A stretch of 62,963 nt of DNA, filler included, from Reticulomyxa filosa (lineage: Eukaryota > Protista > Foraminifera), in NCBI GenBank assembly GCA_000512085.1. It is 17 parts of 17 records of this genome, joined end to end, with 100 filler letters (N's around TTAATTAATTAA, not from the genome) between each part and the next. Parts side by side here need not be neighbours in the genome. Positions count along the whole stretch, not along the records: positions 49,008 to 57,900 come from ASPP01002915.1; positions 58,001 to 62,963 come from ASPP01006698.1; 15 more parts are not named here. One strand, 5' to 3'. The notes under the pieces are model-generated. The model did no database searches. It worked only from the letters and a program-made list of their open reading frames with translations, and was not told the origin of the DNA. Each line of letters begins with the position of its first letter. Within the stretch, counting starts at the first letter, position 1. Positions 51,629 to 62,963 of the stretch are shown here, piece after piece. Both the position numbers and the translations under genes were made by a program.

Positions 51629-52269
51629 GTGTATATGTATATGTATATATCAAACCGATTAGGCCCATATCAGCGTGATAAACAGACAATGACTTGTGAT
51701 TGCAATCAGATACTGAGTTAGGGCCCAAAATGAACCCGACGGTGAAACGTGTGTCTGCTGGACATCGACAGCACGAATGGACCAGCGCCAGTGCGTATCA
51801 ATCCATTTTCAAGTTTTTTGACAAACTCTTGGGGCTGAAATTGGAATACAACAACACTTCCCCAGCTGTTAGCGCTCAAGACAAAAGTTTGCCATCAAAT
51901 GCGTCTATTGCGGCCCCTCCGACGTCTGGTGCTGCTCGGACCCCGTCGCCTTCAGCACGGAGTAATACCGAAACGGAGACTAAAAAGACAAACAATCAAG
52001 GGGATGACCGCAAAGAGGAGGGAGAAGCTGACCCACCAAAACAAGATCCCGAAAAAAACAATACCGACAAAAATAATGACAAAACTCAAACTAATAAAAG
52101 TGAAGAGAAAACAGAGACAAAGCAAAGCAACAATGACCAAGAGATGGAGGATAAATCGCGCCCCAATCCGCAGACGGCAGATACACAACCAGTGAATACA
52201 GAGAACAGTGTCTCAAATAACCAAACTAATGGTGTGGATAAGCCCATACCCGAAGCACCCAAATCCTAA
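50389..52269 (+). CDS. FAM172A: FAM172A/ARB2A-like Arb2-domain protein (4 exons)
   Basis: IPGSG|AVRASQWARSLCINDDLSSGT, VAHSAG|G, IAFTD, NWVTS, VSAGHRQHEWTS; introns 50789-50899, 51167-51400 and 51578-51709 are all phase-compatible. Confidence 0.9.
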
Positions 52270-52866
52270 CAATTTTGCTTGGGTTTGCTGGAAGGATCAT
52301 ACCAACCTCGTCAATATAATTTCAATTTTTATTTGAAAAAAAATAAAATTGGCGTAGTGGTTGTTATACAAAGAAAATGAAAAAAGTTTGTTGTAATACG
52401 ACATGACACAAAAAGAGAGTGATTTTTCTTTAAACAATTTTGGAAAATAGTTTGTTCGTATGTATCTTATTTTCACTCTAGAATCGCCATATTTTCAGCA
52501 TGGAGCTTGCAATAGAATAAAATTGTTTTTGCTTGAAAATTGCTTCGAGGTATTTGCATTTAGCAACAAGTACAAATGCAATAAAAACTTATCGACGCTT
52601 TTTTTTTTAATTACTAGTTGCAGCTGCACAAACAACACCAAGGCAATGGTGAACTCTCTTTTATGAAATCTTGGCGACGTCAAAAAGATTTACAAGAAAA
52701 GAAACTTGTTTTTTTTTAACGAAAAAAAAAAGAATTACATAAAGTTATGAACTTGACACCCTAAATACTAGATGCTAAGGGACAATAGAACGTTGGAGAG
52801 ATATTGGCAAAACAGGAAGAACGATAAGCAAAAAAGCAAACACAAAACAACGGAAGCGTTTTAGAA

Positions 52867-54574
52867 ATGGAAAGTGTATTGATAGAGAACACTAAAAAAA
52901 GAATTGAAGAGTGCGATGATCGATTACAATTGAGATTTCCGACATCGTATCGCGATGGAAAACTCTTGCAACAATTAGTACCATTGATTTTGACTAACCC
53001 GAAAATCACTCATTTGGCAGTCGGCTTAAGATGTAATCACGAGCAAGGCTTCAACGCTTTAACCAAAGTTATGACCTCCGATCGTGTCTGCATCGTAACT
53101 CTAGACCTACGCATTGAAGATGCAGACGACGAGAAGGGCTCTACAGTTTGTAATATAGAGGACCAAACTATTATATCTTTGGAGCAGCTACGTTTTTTTG
53201 AAAGCATCAGCACTTGCCGTTCACTAAAACATTTAATCATAAGGATGGATGACGTAAATACAACTTTTAGTGAGATTTTGCAGCGTACTATCGTGCACTC
53301 CAAAAGTGTCACTGAGTTGACTTTGAAATGTGACCGAATTTCTGAGTGTGCAATGAAAGCAATTTGTGATGCTGTCAGTCAAAAAGGTAATTACCTCTTT
53401 TTTCCTTATGAAAAATCCAAAACAAACCATTTTTTTAAAAATTTAATGAAACAAGACCAACAAATGCCAATTGAAATCTTTCGAATATGTGTGGATTATT
53501 TGGAGAAGTCAAAAATCAAAACGTTGGCAGAGTGTTCAGTGCAATCGAAATTAACTCATCTCGACATAACCAACTGTCGAATGACACCAGATACCATGAC
53601 CCATTTAATACAACATCTAAATATGTGTAAGACCATTTCTAAAATTGCTTTTGGTAACAATGGTGCTGGGACGATCCAAGCTTTTTTTTCAGGTATTGCG
53701 TGTGTGTGCAATCCCGATGCCACGTATATATGAGTAAAGACAAACACTCTTTGACAAATTTTATTGAGAATAGATTATTCATTTGAAAATTTGAAACATT
53801 TGGTATGCTGCGAAAGTTATTCATTTATAATTGACCATATTTGTTTGAATATTGTCACCAAAGCATTTAAGCAGTCCAAAAAAATCGAATTTTTGCAAAT
53901 TCCGATGCTAATTTTTGAGGAAACAAGTTCAACCGCAATAGCAAATTTTGCCAAAACACTGTCATTGATGCCAAACTTGCACACTCTCCAATTTTTTCCA
54001 TTGTTTGAACATTTAGACAAGCTTGAGCACTCCAAAATTCTGCAGAAAAAATGTCCATTTTTTGGAGTGCTTATTCCTTGCACTTACAAATACAAGCAAA
54101 GACTCTGAAAACAAACAAAGCAAATTGACACGCTTGTATCTTGAAAGTGTTGGATGTGATCGTGAACTATTTACGGAAAAAGTGTCACAATCATTTTGTG
54201 GGTTTATGGCTTCCCCGAACGGCCAAGCCTTAGTTGAGCTGCAAATGGGCTTTTGTCGTATGTGTGACTTTAGCCCGTTGCTATTGGATTGGGCAGAAAG
54301 CAAGTGTTTTCAACTCGTTGCGGCGACTGACGATATACTTCGACATAATCATTACAACACACAACTTGTGTCAAGCGACGATGACAATCGTAACAGAGAT
54401 TCTGCCGTTTTGCACTTGCAGCTTAATGCATATCGAAAGTATCAAAATCGAGTTCACAAAGTTTGTGAAAGAAATTTGACCCAAGCTGTTGCTCCGTTTT
54501 TAAGCGATATCACTTGCTTGGCCAAAATTATCGCACAGTTTGTCGGATTTGATGCAATGCCTGAAAAATTATGA
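52867..54574 (+). CDS. RNI-like leucine-rich repeat protein, multi-exon
   Basis: Repeats ITHLAV, SLKHLII, SVTELTL, LTHLDITNC, NLHTLQF, LTRLYLESVG, LVELQMGFC across three overlapping ORFs. Confidence 0.7.
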
Positions 54575-54995
54575 TGTATCTTTTTTTATGCAAAAACTCT
54601 CTCTTTTTCATGTGCTAATTGGCAAATGTGTGGTGAGAAGTAAGATTCTCTATTTTTGATTTTCACTTTTGATGTTCTTGTCATAATTTGAGATTATTTA
54701 AGCGCTTTTCCTTATTTAAAGTAAAAAACTGCAACATTTATTAATAGTTGAAAGTTTTTTGTAATTTGTTTGATTTCTTAACTCTCAAAAAAAGTAATAA
54801 TTCTGCTAAGAGTTAAAGGAAAGCAAAAAATTTCCTAAAACAAACAGTTAAAAAAAGTGAATGGTTAAAGCTGAGGTATTTTTCCAGTAATTTTAATCAA
54901 GTGACTGACCGCAAAAAGAGTGTTGTTTGCAAACGAAAGACTTTGGCTTGAACTTTTGTATTTAAAAAATTTGCTTTGGGACAAACTAAATAATA

Positions 54996-55634
54996 ATGAG
55001 CAACGGGGAAGGACAAAAAAGCGGAGCATTGTCACACGGCGTGAATCTGCCAAATCAATCATTGTTATCCCAGCAGCCAACTCCGCAAGCCCAAGCAGCG
55101 GGGTATGCGCCAGTGCGCGGCAGCATGGGTTCGCTAATAAATCCGCCGCATCCGTACGCAGTGCCCTCGCACACAACAGAAGCGGTGACAGCAGCGGCGA
55201 CAGCAGCACACATGTCCCGCAACGCAGCCGCAGTAACAGTGGCAGCGCGCATAGCTCAAACGAACTTAGCAATAGCCGCAGCGGCACGTCAAAGAGCAGG
55301 CCTGAGCAGTAGCGACCTCACGATGAAGGCAGCAGCAGTCAGTGCAGCGGCAGTGCGAGCCAACGCCGTAGCAGCCGCGGCCAATGAACGAGCAGTAGCA
55401 GCAGCCAGAAGAGCGGCGGACACCAATACAGTCACATCTGCTGCAGCCACTGCCCCCCCGGTCATCACATCCACTGCCACCACAGCCTCGAATGCGGCGC
55501 TCTCTGCTGTCCATGACGACAATAGTCTCGGCAACACTTCCAATCAGACACAACCGACTTTGTCTACGGTCAATTCCGTCTCTGCTTCTAACACTGCTAA
55601 AAGTTTTGTTTCTCTGGGTCTTTTTATCTTTTTC

Positions 55635-55668
<34 letters not shown>

Positions 55669-56309
55669 GATAGGAATGACATGTTGAATGCTTTTGAAAA
55701 AATTGTACAAATTCGTGGATAGAACAACATAACACAATTGAATGATATGATTTAATCATAGCCGTGGTGATGCCTAACAGCTCGCTGCGAAATTATAACT
55801 CCATATCTGTTGGCAGTAACAAAAATGGTGTCACTACTGGAGGCAAACACAAAAAGCTGGTCGCAACGCACCACTTTCAATTACGAACTGCGGCGGGAGA
55901 CACTTGGGTCGATGCGACGATGACTGATTGGCCGGACAGTTAGGATACCTTTTTTTCTAAAAAAAAAAAGTAAGATAGAATAATAAGTTAATCACTTCCT
56001 TTTTTCTTTTTTTGTGGGATAGACGATTTTCGCATATTTTGTGGGGACTTGGGAAATGAAGTCTCCGACGCAATGTTAACCAGCGCGTTCAGCAAATATC
56101 CGAGTTTTGCCAAGGCAAAAGTGATAAGGGATAAAAGAACTGGAAAATCCAAAGGTTATGGATTTGTTTCATTCTTGGATCCAAATGACTTCATTCGAGC
56201 ATTCAAAGAAATGAATGGAAGATATGTTGGTAATAGACCCATCAAATTGAGAAAATCAAAATGGAGAGAAAGAACCAAAAAAGTCAAAAATTTCCATACA
56301 AAACAATAA
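54996..56309 (+). CDS. RBM42: RNA-binding protein 42 homolog (3 exons)
   Basis: LRTAAGDTWVDATMTDWPD|NDFRIFCGDLGNEVSD..AFSKYPSFAKAKVIRDKRTGKSKGYGFVSF..EMNGRYVGNRPIKLRKS, preceded by an Ala-rich N-terminus. Confidence 0.93.
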
Positions 56310-56701
56310 TTTGAGTCAATGCCATCAACAAAAAAAAGCCAATAGTGTTGTGACTGTTTTTTACTTGTGCTTATCCAATTCACTTTCAAACCGTCATTTA
56401 TTGGTCTTTTATTATTGTTGACAGCTGTCCTTTTTTCCCCTTCCTTTTTTAAATTTGACTTTTGTTCCGCATAATCCAAAGTGGGATTTGCACTATTTCG
56501 CGTTTTACAAATTTTTTGTTAATGCTGAAAATAGTTGATAAAAAGTTGCAATAAATTTTTGGTTCCTTGAAACTAACATCTTGGTATTAAAAGACTACAA
56601 TATACCTCAAAACAAAAATTAGAAAGAAACACTGCAGAAACAACAAAATATATTTGTTTGAGGGTCAACAATTTTTTTTTGTAGTCACGCAATAGATGGA
56701 T

Positions 56702-57639
56702 TTATTTGGCTAAAAAGTTTTCAATTTCGCATGTATCAAAAATTTGTTTTTCAATGTCGACCTGTTTGTCGCTTGGATGTTGAATAAACCGAACGCAAGC
56801 ATCGCCAATCTCATGGACGGTCGCGCTTTGTGATGTGATCGACTTGTAGAAATAGTTTCGTACCCATGGCCAACCACCGAATGGAGGAAGCCAATAAGAG
56901 AAAGTCAAACGAAAGAGACCGAAGAAAGTACTGTCATAATAAGCTTTTCCGAATGTTAGACAAGCACGAAGCACTATCCCATGGTTTTTGTCAAAGTTAC
57001 TACACACACATTGCTCTACTTTGTGTTTCGCAACGACTTGTGGAGCTAAAAACCATGCAAATGGCGCAGTATACCATTGCAGGTTCTCACCCTTTTCAAG
57101 TACGTAGTCCGTAAGCGAGTGAGGTACTAGTCCTGAGATATAAATAAACTTTGGAACACCAACCTTTTTGCTTGTTTCACACACCGCAAAGTTCGTGTCA
57201 CCAGCTATCCTTTCCACTGACTTACGTTTCCAATACAACAATTGATTTATCGCATCTAACTTGCCAATACTTGACACCACTGTTTATTTTGCAAGTTATG
57301 GTTGAATAGTGGTCCAAAACAACACAAAAAGTTATCACCCTCGCTTAATTTTTATTACAAAAAAATAAAATTATCACCTGCCACTGGTTGAAGTGCTTGC
57401 AAAAATTGTTCATACGACTGTGGATTCAAGGCGTCTCCTTTACGCCATTCCACTTGGTTTGTCCACGATTCCTTCAATGCTGCTGATGGACAGCTTCCTG
57501 TTCTACTTATTGACACTACGTGAAACCCCGCCTTTACTATTTCCTCACAAATGCCCATGCCAATCATCCCATTGCCACCAAACACTACAACACTTTTTTT
57601 ATCACTAGGAGATGGACTATCTTCTTTAGTTGTCGTCAT
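56702..57639 (-). CDS. Atypical NAD(P)-binding SDR, COQ11/NDUFA9-like (2 exons)
   Basis: VVVFGGNGMIG Rossmann motif, VVSISRTG, SWTNQVEWRKGDALNPQSY, VVSSIG, KFIYISG. Confidence 0.75.
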
Positions 57640-58000
57640 GATTGATCGTTTCTCAGCAAAAAAAAGTTTGAGGAACTTTACCCGTTTCGGATTTTTGTTT
57701 CTTCTTTGTACAAGGCTTCTTTGCGAGTTTAAAGAATCGTCCTTTTTGCTTATTTTGTAGCCAAAATAATATTTTTGTATCTTTGTTTAGAAAGTTTTTT
57801 TAATTAAAACAATAAATTTGTCATCAATTTCGTAATGTTTTAAGTTTTTTGTTGTTGCGCTACAAGAGGAGAGAAATCATTGACTTAACCTAGTTGGTGC
57901 NNNNNNNNNNNNNNNNNNNNNNNNNNNNNNNNNNNNNNNNNNNNTTAATTAATTAANNNNNNNNNNNNNNNNNNNNNNNNNNNNNNNNNNNNNNNNNNNN

Positions 58001-58213
58001 GAGTTTCTGATTGTTGAATCCACTTTTCTCAGATCCAAATAATGATCTAAGCTCATCATCTTTTTTTGATGAGTTCATATGTTCATATCGGGACGGACCG
58101 CACGCCTGACACTTGAGCAAGTCATTTGGTGTGACAGTCGTACAAATACCATAGAACCAACCTTCATGCTGTTGTTGGGCAAATTTCGCCAAAAAATCTT
58201 GATCTGACGACAT
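58001..58213 (-). CDS. N-terminal fragment with a degenerate RanBP2-type zinc finger
   Basis: WFYGICTTVTPNDLLKCQACG resembles W-x-C-x2-C-...-C-x2-C with the first Cys replaced by Tyr; truncated by the spacer. Confidence 0.4.
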
Positions 58214-58535
58214 CTTCAATCGTTCTTTTAAAAGTTTTTGTCACTCTAGTTTTTCACAAAAAAAAACTAGCAAAAATACTTTCTCCTTTTTTTTATTTGT
58301 AGACTTTATGCAAAAATTAAATTTTTGTGAAATTGTTATTTTATGTTGCAGAATACTTATATTCCTGATGTGATTAGTCAATAGAAAAATTGGAGTTTAC
58401 AAGATTTTTTTTAAAAAGTTGATAAGTGATACCGATGTTACGCCAACTTGCACGAATACATTTTGTCGCAAAAAAAAATTGTTAGACAATGGTCAACTAG
58501 AAGATTTTAGACTAATCCAGAACCGTTGATAGCGC

Positions 58536-59400
58536 ATGAACCTTTCGTCTAATTATGTGAAAGTAGCCAAATTATGCAGTGCTGAAGAGGCAGTGGGTGT
58601 GGCCCAATCACGTCATCGAATATGTGTCACGGAGCAGCAACCCATTCTCTTTTGTTGAAAGCATTAGTACCAATGCAAAAAAACAAAATTTGAAACATGT
58701 GGAATTAGTGCAAATTCATACAGAAGGCCATGCTCCTCAGGTTTGCTGTTTCTTTAAAAACCAAAAAATATGTGTATATAAAAACGACTGTGTATGTGCG
58801 ATTTGTTGATGGTGACGAAATGGAACTATGTGAATCGCATATAAGTACAGGTATCTCTTGATTATCGTGCACACTTTCGGGACAATTCATTATCAATAGG
58901 AAGCAATTTCCGAAATGCTGTAAATCATGGTGAAGCTGATTTCATTTATATTTTCTTAAGCGAAATCGTCTGTCTGTTTCAAAGTCCGGTGTACAAACTA
59001 GATATGGCATTGTTACAAGTGTCTCCACCAGATATGCACGGATTTTGTTCCCTGGGCACCGTGTCAATTGCACCAGGTTTCTTTTTTGTTATCTTCCACA
59101 GTTGCGAAAATTTAGGGAGAAAAAAAAGGGTGTTGAAAGAATTTGAGTTTTTACGCACCTTTAACAACCTTTTTTTTTTGAGAAGTGACCCATTTTTGAT
59201 AATCTTAATTACACGCAGGAATTTTTTATAATAACAAAAAAAAGATCGGCAATTTTGTGGCAAAACACGTGATTGGATTGGTGAACAAGAATGTTCCGAA
59301 ACATATGGCGGCGGATATGTGCATTTGTCGCACTTTGGTAACATTGTACCACTCTTACTTCGGCAATAATCCGTAAAACAACTTATATATAGCAAAAGTA
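58536..59400 (+). pseudogene. Acetyl-CoA hydrolase / 4-hydroxybutyrate CoA-transferase pseudogene
   Basis: SAEEAV, HVELVQIHTEGHAP, FRNAVNHGEADFIYIFLSEI, DMALLQVSPPDMHGFCSLG; frameshifts are present and the C-terminal domain is missing. Confidence 0.8.
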
Positions 59401-59968
59401 TGCAACAATTCCCAATTGAAGCAAACAAACAAAAACAAGACAAACAACAAACAAAAAACAGAAAGCAATAAACAAAAGAAAATCTAATAAAACCGCCTTT
59501 TTCTCTATATGTCAAGGGAAGACACAAAGTAAACAGTGCTGCGAAGCTTTCTTTAGCACTTTTTCCCTCAACGTCCAACAATAAAAACTAAGAATAGTAA
59601 CTAAAAATGGAAAAGGTTTAAAAAACGAAAACTCTTCAGAATTTCACAAAAAGGAAGCTAAAAAATAAAATAAAACTGAACACAAACACAAAAAAACATT
59701 AAAGTAAAAAAAACAAGTAAATGCTTTGTGATGTGGAAAAGAGATTCAAAACTCTCTCCCACAATGATAACAGCATTAAACAAAACTTGCTTATTTTTAA
59801 GACATGAAGTAGAGAATGTACAATAATCCTCTTTTTAACATTCATGTGCAAACAAAGGAACAAAAATTAAACATAAAAAGACAATAAAATATTTTTCCTA
59901 TAATTGAATATGTTTATTGTTTGATCAGTACAAATGAGCAAAACATTGCCGACGATAACCCCCGATGT

Positions 59969-62917
59969 TCAGCAAGACGAAGGTAAAACTTTATGTCGAG
60001 AACACTTTTTTGTAGTATCCTCACCTCCACGTGAGCGCACAGAAGACTTGCGTCGATGTGCTCGCTTTTGTGGAACAAAGGATGTCAGCGTTTGAAACAT
60101 AGCATCTAAATTATTTGTTATATTATATACACATGTATTTTTTTGTTGAGTGAAAACAATCTTTGCTTATCTTGCACACTTAACGTCGCACACCGAAGTC
60201 AGTGTTACTGGACTTTTCCAATGACAAATCAAATTTTTCACACGTTTTCTATGCAACCAGAGTGGAAAGTAACAAACATGAAATCTCAGATTGGATTTAC
60301 AAACATTTTTTAAAGAAAAAAACAAAAAAAAGACCTCTTTGGAAATATCGTGCAATTTGACAAAGTAAGGATGAGCCAATGCATCGACAACAGTGATACG
60401 TTTTCGGGGGTTTAAAACGAGCATATGTTGAACTAAATCTTGTGCTTCTGGAGTTGCTTTCTTAAAAAGTGACGTTAAGTCTTGAGCAGGCTGAGGATCT
60501 AATTTTTGTATCCACGCCAATGCCTCTTTGTTATCAATCCAATCCAAATCATCTGATTGGGGTGTTCCAAGTACTGCAAACATGATCAACAACATTTTCC
60601 AGATCTTTATGTCATTATACGTATTTTTTGTTTGTTTGTTTATTATTTAATAAGAATTATATGAGAGAAAGCTGACTAAAGAAAGAAACAAAAAAAAAAA
60701 GTAACGGTTATTTCCAGGGAACAACTCATTGCGCAATATTAGCTCAGCGAAGATACAGCCAACGGACCATACATCCACTTGGACGTCATATTTTTGTGCA
60801 GACACCATAACTTCTGGTGCTCGATACCATCGCGTTACCACATACTCGGTCAATTTTTCGCCGTCATGAATTTGTCTCGCCAGTCCAAAGTCTGTGATTT
60901 TTACATTGCAATTGTTGCAATTCACCAATATATTTTCCGGTTTCTATTGTTGTGTATTCAATTAATGTTTTGTTTCACATTCGCCCCTCCTTTGTATCCA
61001 GACAAAGTGCTTTTTTTTAAAAAAAACGTACGTATACAATTTTTTTTTTTGGTTTGTGTTTTTTAATAGTAACAAAAAAACACCAAACTAAATCTCTGTG
61101 AACCACTCCAGCAGAATGAATATATTTAAGTCCTCTAAGTATCTGATAAACAAAAAATAAATAGTGATCATTTGTTAAGGGTTGCTTTGATTTGATTACG
61201 TCTTTTAATGTCATTTCCATTTTGGGCACTACCAAGTACCTGTCCATTTTCGCACCCACCCAACAATTTCTTTTCGTTTTTTGCTCTCTCTCTCTCTTGT
61301 GCGCACCCCCACCCCCCCACCCCCCTTCCTCCCTTTGTTTCTAGACTTAACACATCAGTAAAAGTCCCAATTTCTCCATAATCAGGAGGGATCACGTCAA
61401 GTAGCCGGATAACCTATACGTACATATGGTTATAGAATAGTGTCCAACTTTTGACAAAAGAAGTCACAAGTAACAACAACTAAATTTCTTGCTGTCTTTC
61501 TCCTTTTCAATGCATTTGATATAGCATATAAACATATACATATACATATGTGTACTAAGAAACATAACATCATCATGATTAAAATGCATGAGCAATCGAA
61601 GTTCTCTCAGCACTCTTTTGGCATCACTTACATCTACAAACACGTTTTTATTTTTTTTAATTGCTACCACTTTATTAGTTCGAACGTCTCGTGCCTCGCA
61701 TTTATGTATCAATGACAACTTATGTAATAACGAAATTAAACTATACATATATACGTTTATATGTACGTATGTAGATAACATGACAACAGCATAAGCCCCT
61801 TGGCCTAATATTCTCCCTGTTGGCTTGTAATACTCCCACAACCAAAATTTTTCGTTTTTGATTTGTACGCAATATTTTTTTGATTTTTGATAGGCGTTCG
61901 CTTCATCTTTGCCTTCGTCCAATCCGTTGACTGACTGTTTCGGCTTGCTTGCTGATCTTTCTTTGGTTGCGTCATCGCATGAGCCATTGGACGAGGATAC
62001 TCCTCGGTTGGATTTCTCTCGTCTATCGATTTTGTTGTCCGAGCTTTTATTTAAAGGAAACACATCCCCATCATTACTTTTTCTGGACGCGCACATGCTT
62101 CTTTTCGAATGGCCCTTGGTCACATTGCTGGCGTTATTGCTACTGTCATTCACTTTCGCAGTGCTAGTAGTAATAGTATTCATATCAATAGCAGTAGTAG
62201 TACTAGTGCTACAACTGGCATGATTACTATTGTCAAGGACTTTCTTTCCTGACCTGTTCCAATCTTGCTTTTTGGTCAATCCGTCCTTGTTTCGTTTGCC
62301 TTGGCCGCACGCTACTGTCTGCTGTTCATCGTTCACAAAACCGTTATTTGGCGCGTGTCTCATTGAGATATGTCCACTCTCGGTTCTGTTACGACAGTTT
62401 TCCCTACCTTCGACTACAACACATAGATACTTGTATGTATGCACGTATTGCAAATACATAAAAATATATATGTAATAAATAAGTACAAACTGCTTTGTTG
62501 TTTGACTTTGTTTTGATTGGTTGATTCCACACACAACGTTCCATCTTCCTCAGCAACCAAAGGGGAGACATTGTCATTTGCACTCACTCCTGTGGGCTCC
62601 GTTGGGGTGGGCTGAAATGGTAGTGATGTGTTGATCACGTCATTTCGATTGTGCGTGGAGATACTGTATTCAGTCTCTTTGCGATTAGTCAGAGGTTCAG
62701 AATACATGGAAACATCAGAAGGCGTACACACGTCACAACAGATTCGGTACTCTGAGCTCGCAGAACCAACTACAGCAATTGATAGTACTCCAGGGGAAAT
62801 CGCTGATGTGTTGCTCGCTTCATTTTCTTTCGTTATCTTATCGTGCTTTTCTTTTTCTTCTTCCACTTTGTTCGATCGTTTTTGTAATTTTGAGGATTGG
62901 CGTTGCACACCTTCCAC

Positions 62918-62920
<3 letters not shown>
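59969..62920 (-). CDS. TEY-type (ERK-like) MAP kinase with long low-complexity N-terminal extension, multi-exon, 5'-partial
   Basis: [45 protein letters not shown]|[47 protein letters not shown]; stop at 59971-59969. Confidence 0.95.
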
Positions 62921-62955
<35 letters not shown>

Positions 62956-62963
62956 TTATTTTG

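Noticed and set aside
54865-55730. Long antisense or alternate-frame ORFs over RBM42, the Gly-zipper exons and the SDH-like gene
   Set aside because: Shadow ORFs expected from GC-richer Ala/Gly codon runs; no recognisable motifs.
3049-58000. Regularly recurring TTAATTAATTAA palindrome in N-runs, superficially array-like
   Set aside because: Identical 100-bp synthetic contig spacer. Cross-spacer neighbourhoods (e.g. OAS-like next to WD40) are therefore not evidence of linkage.

Overview
AT-rich, intron-containing eukaryotic DNA, not one locus. Sixteen identical 100-bp spacers (44 N + TTAATTAATTAA + 44 N) join 17 unrelated contig pieces, so adjacency across a spacer means nothing. The Kelch-like, WD40 and 7TM-RGS families and the microsatellite-rich introns with A-rich acceptors suggest the foraminiferan Reticulomyxa filosa or a relative (inference). 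Recognisable genes: WD40, Kelch-like, VTI1-like SNARE exon, C2 protein, serine dehydratase-like, G-alpha, HPS3-like, PEX5-like N-terminus, 7TM-RGS, FAM172A/Arb2, LRR, RBM42, COQ11-like SDR and a TEY MAP kinase, plus several decayed pseudogenes. Most notable: (1) a tandem cluster of four paralogous coiled-coil / glycine-zipper-hairpin genes (31.6-40.9 kb) with an alpha-pore-forming-toxin-like architecture; (2) an intronless OAS/cGAS-fold protein lacking all three catalytic aspartates; (3) twelve DNA hairpins with compensatory stem changes and a conserved loop; (4) a Tc1/mariner-type TIR (MITE-like) family with ends on at least five contigs; (5) a serine dehydratase-like protein lacking its PLP lysine. 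All homology calls are by-eye motif recognition; no searches were run.
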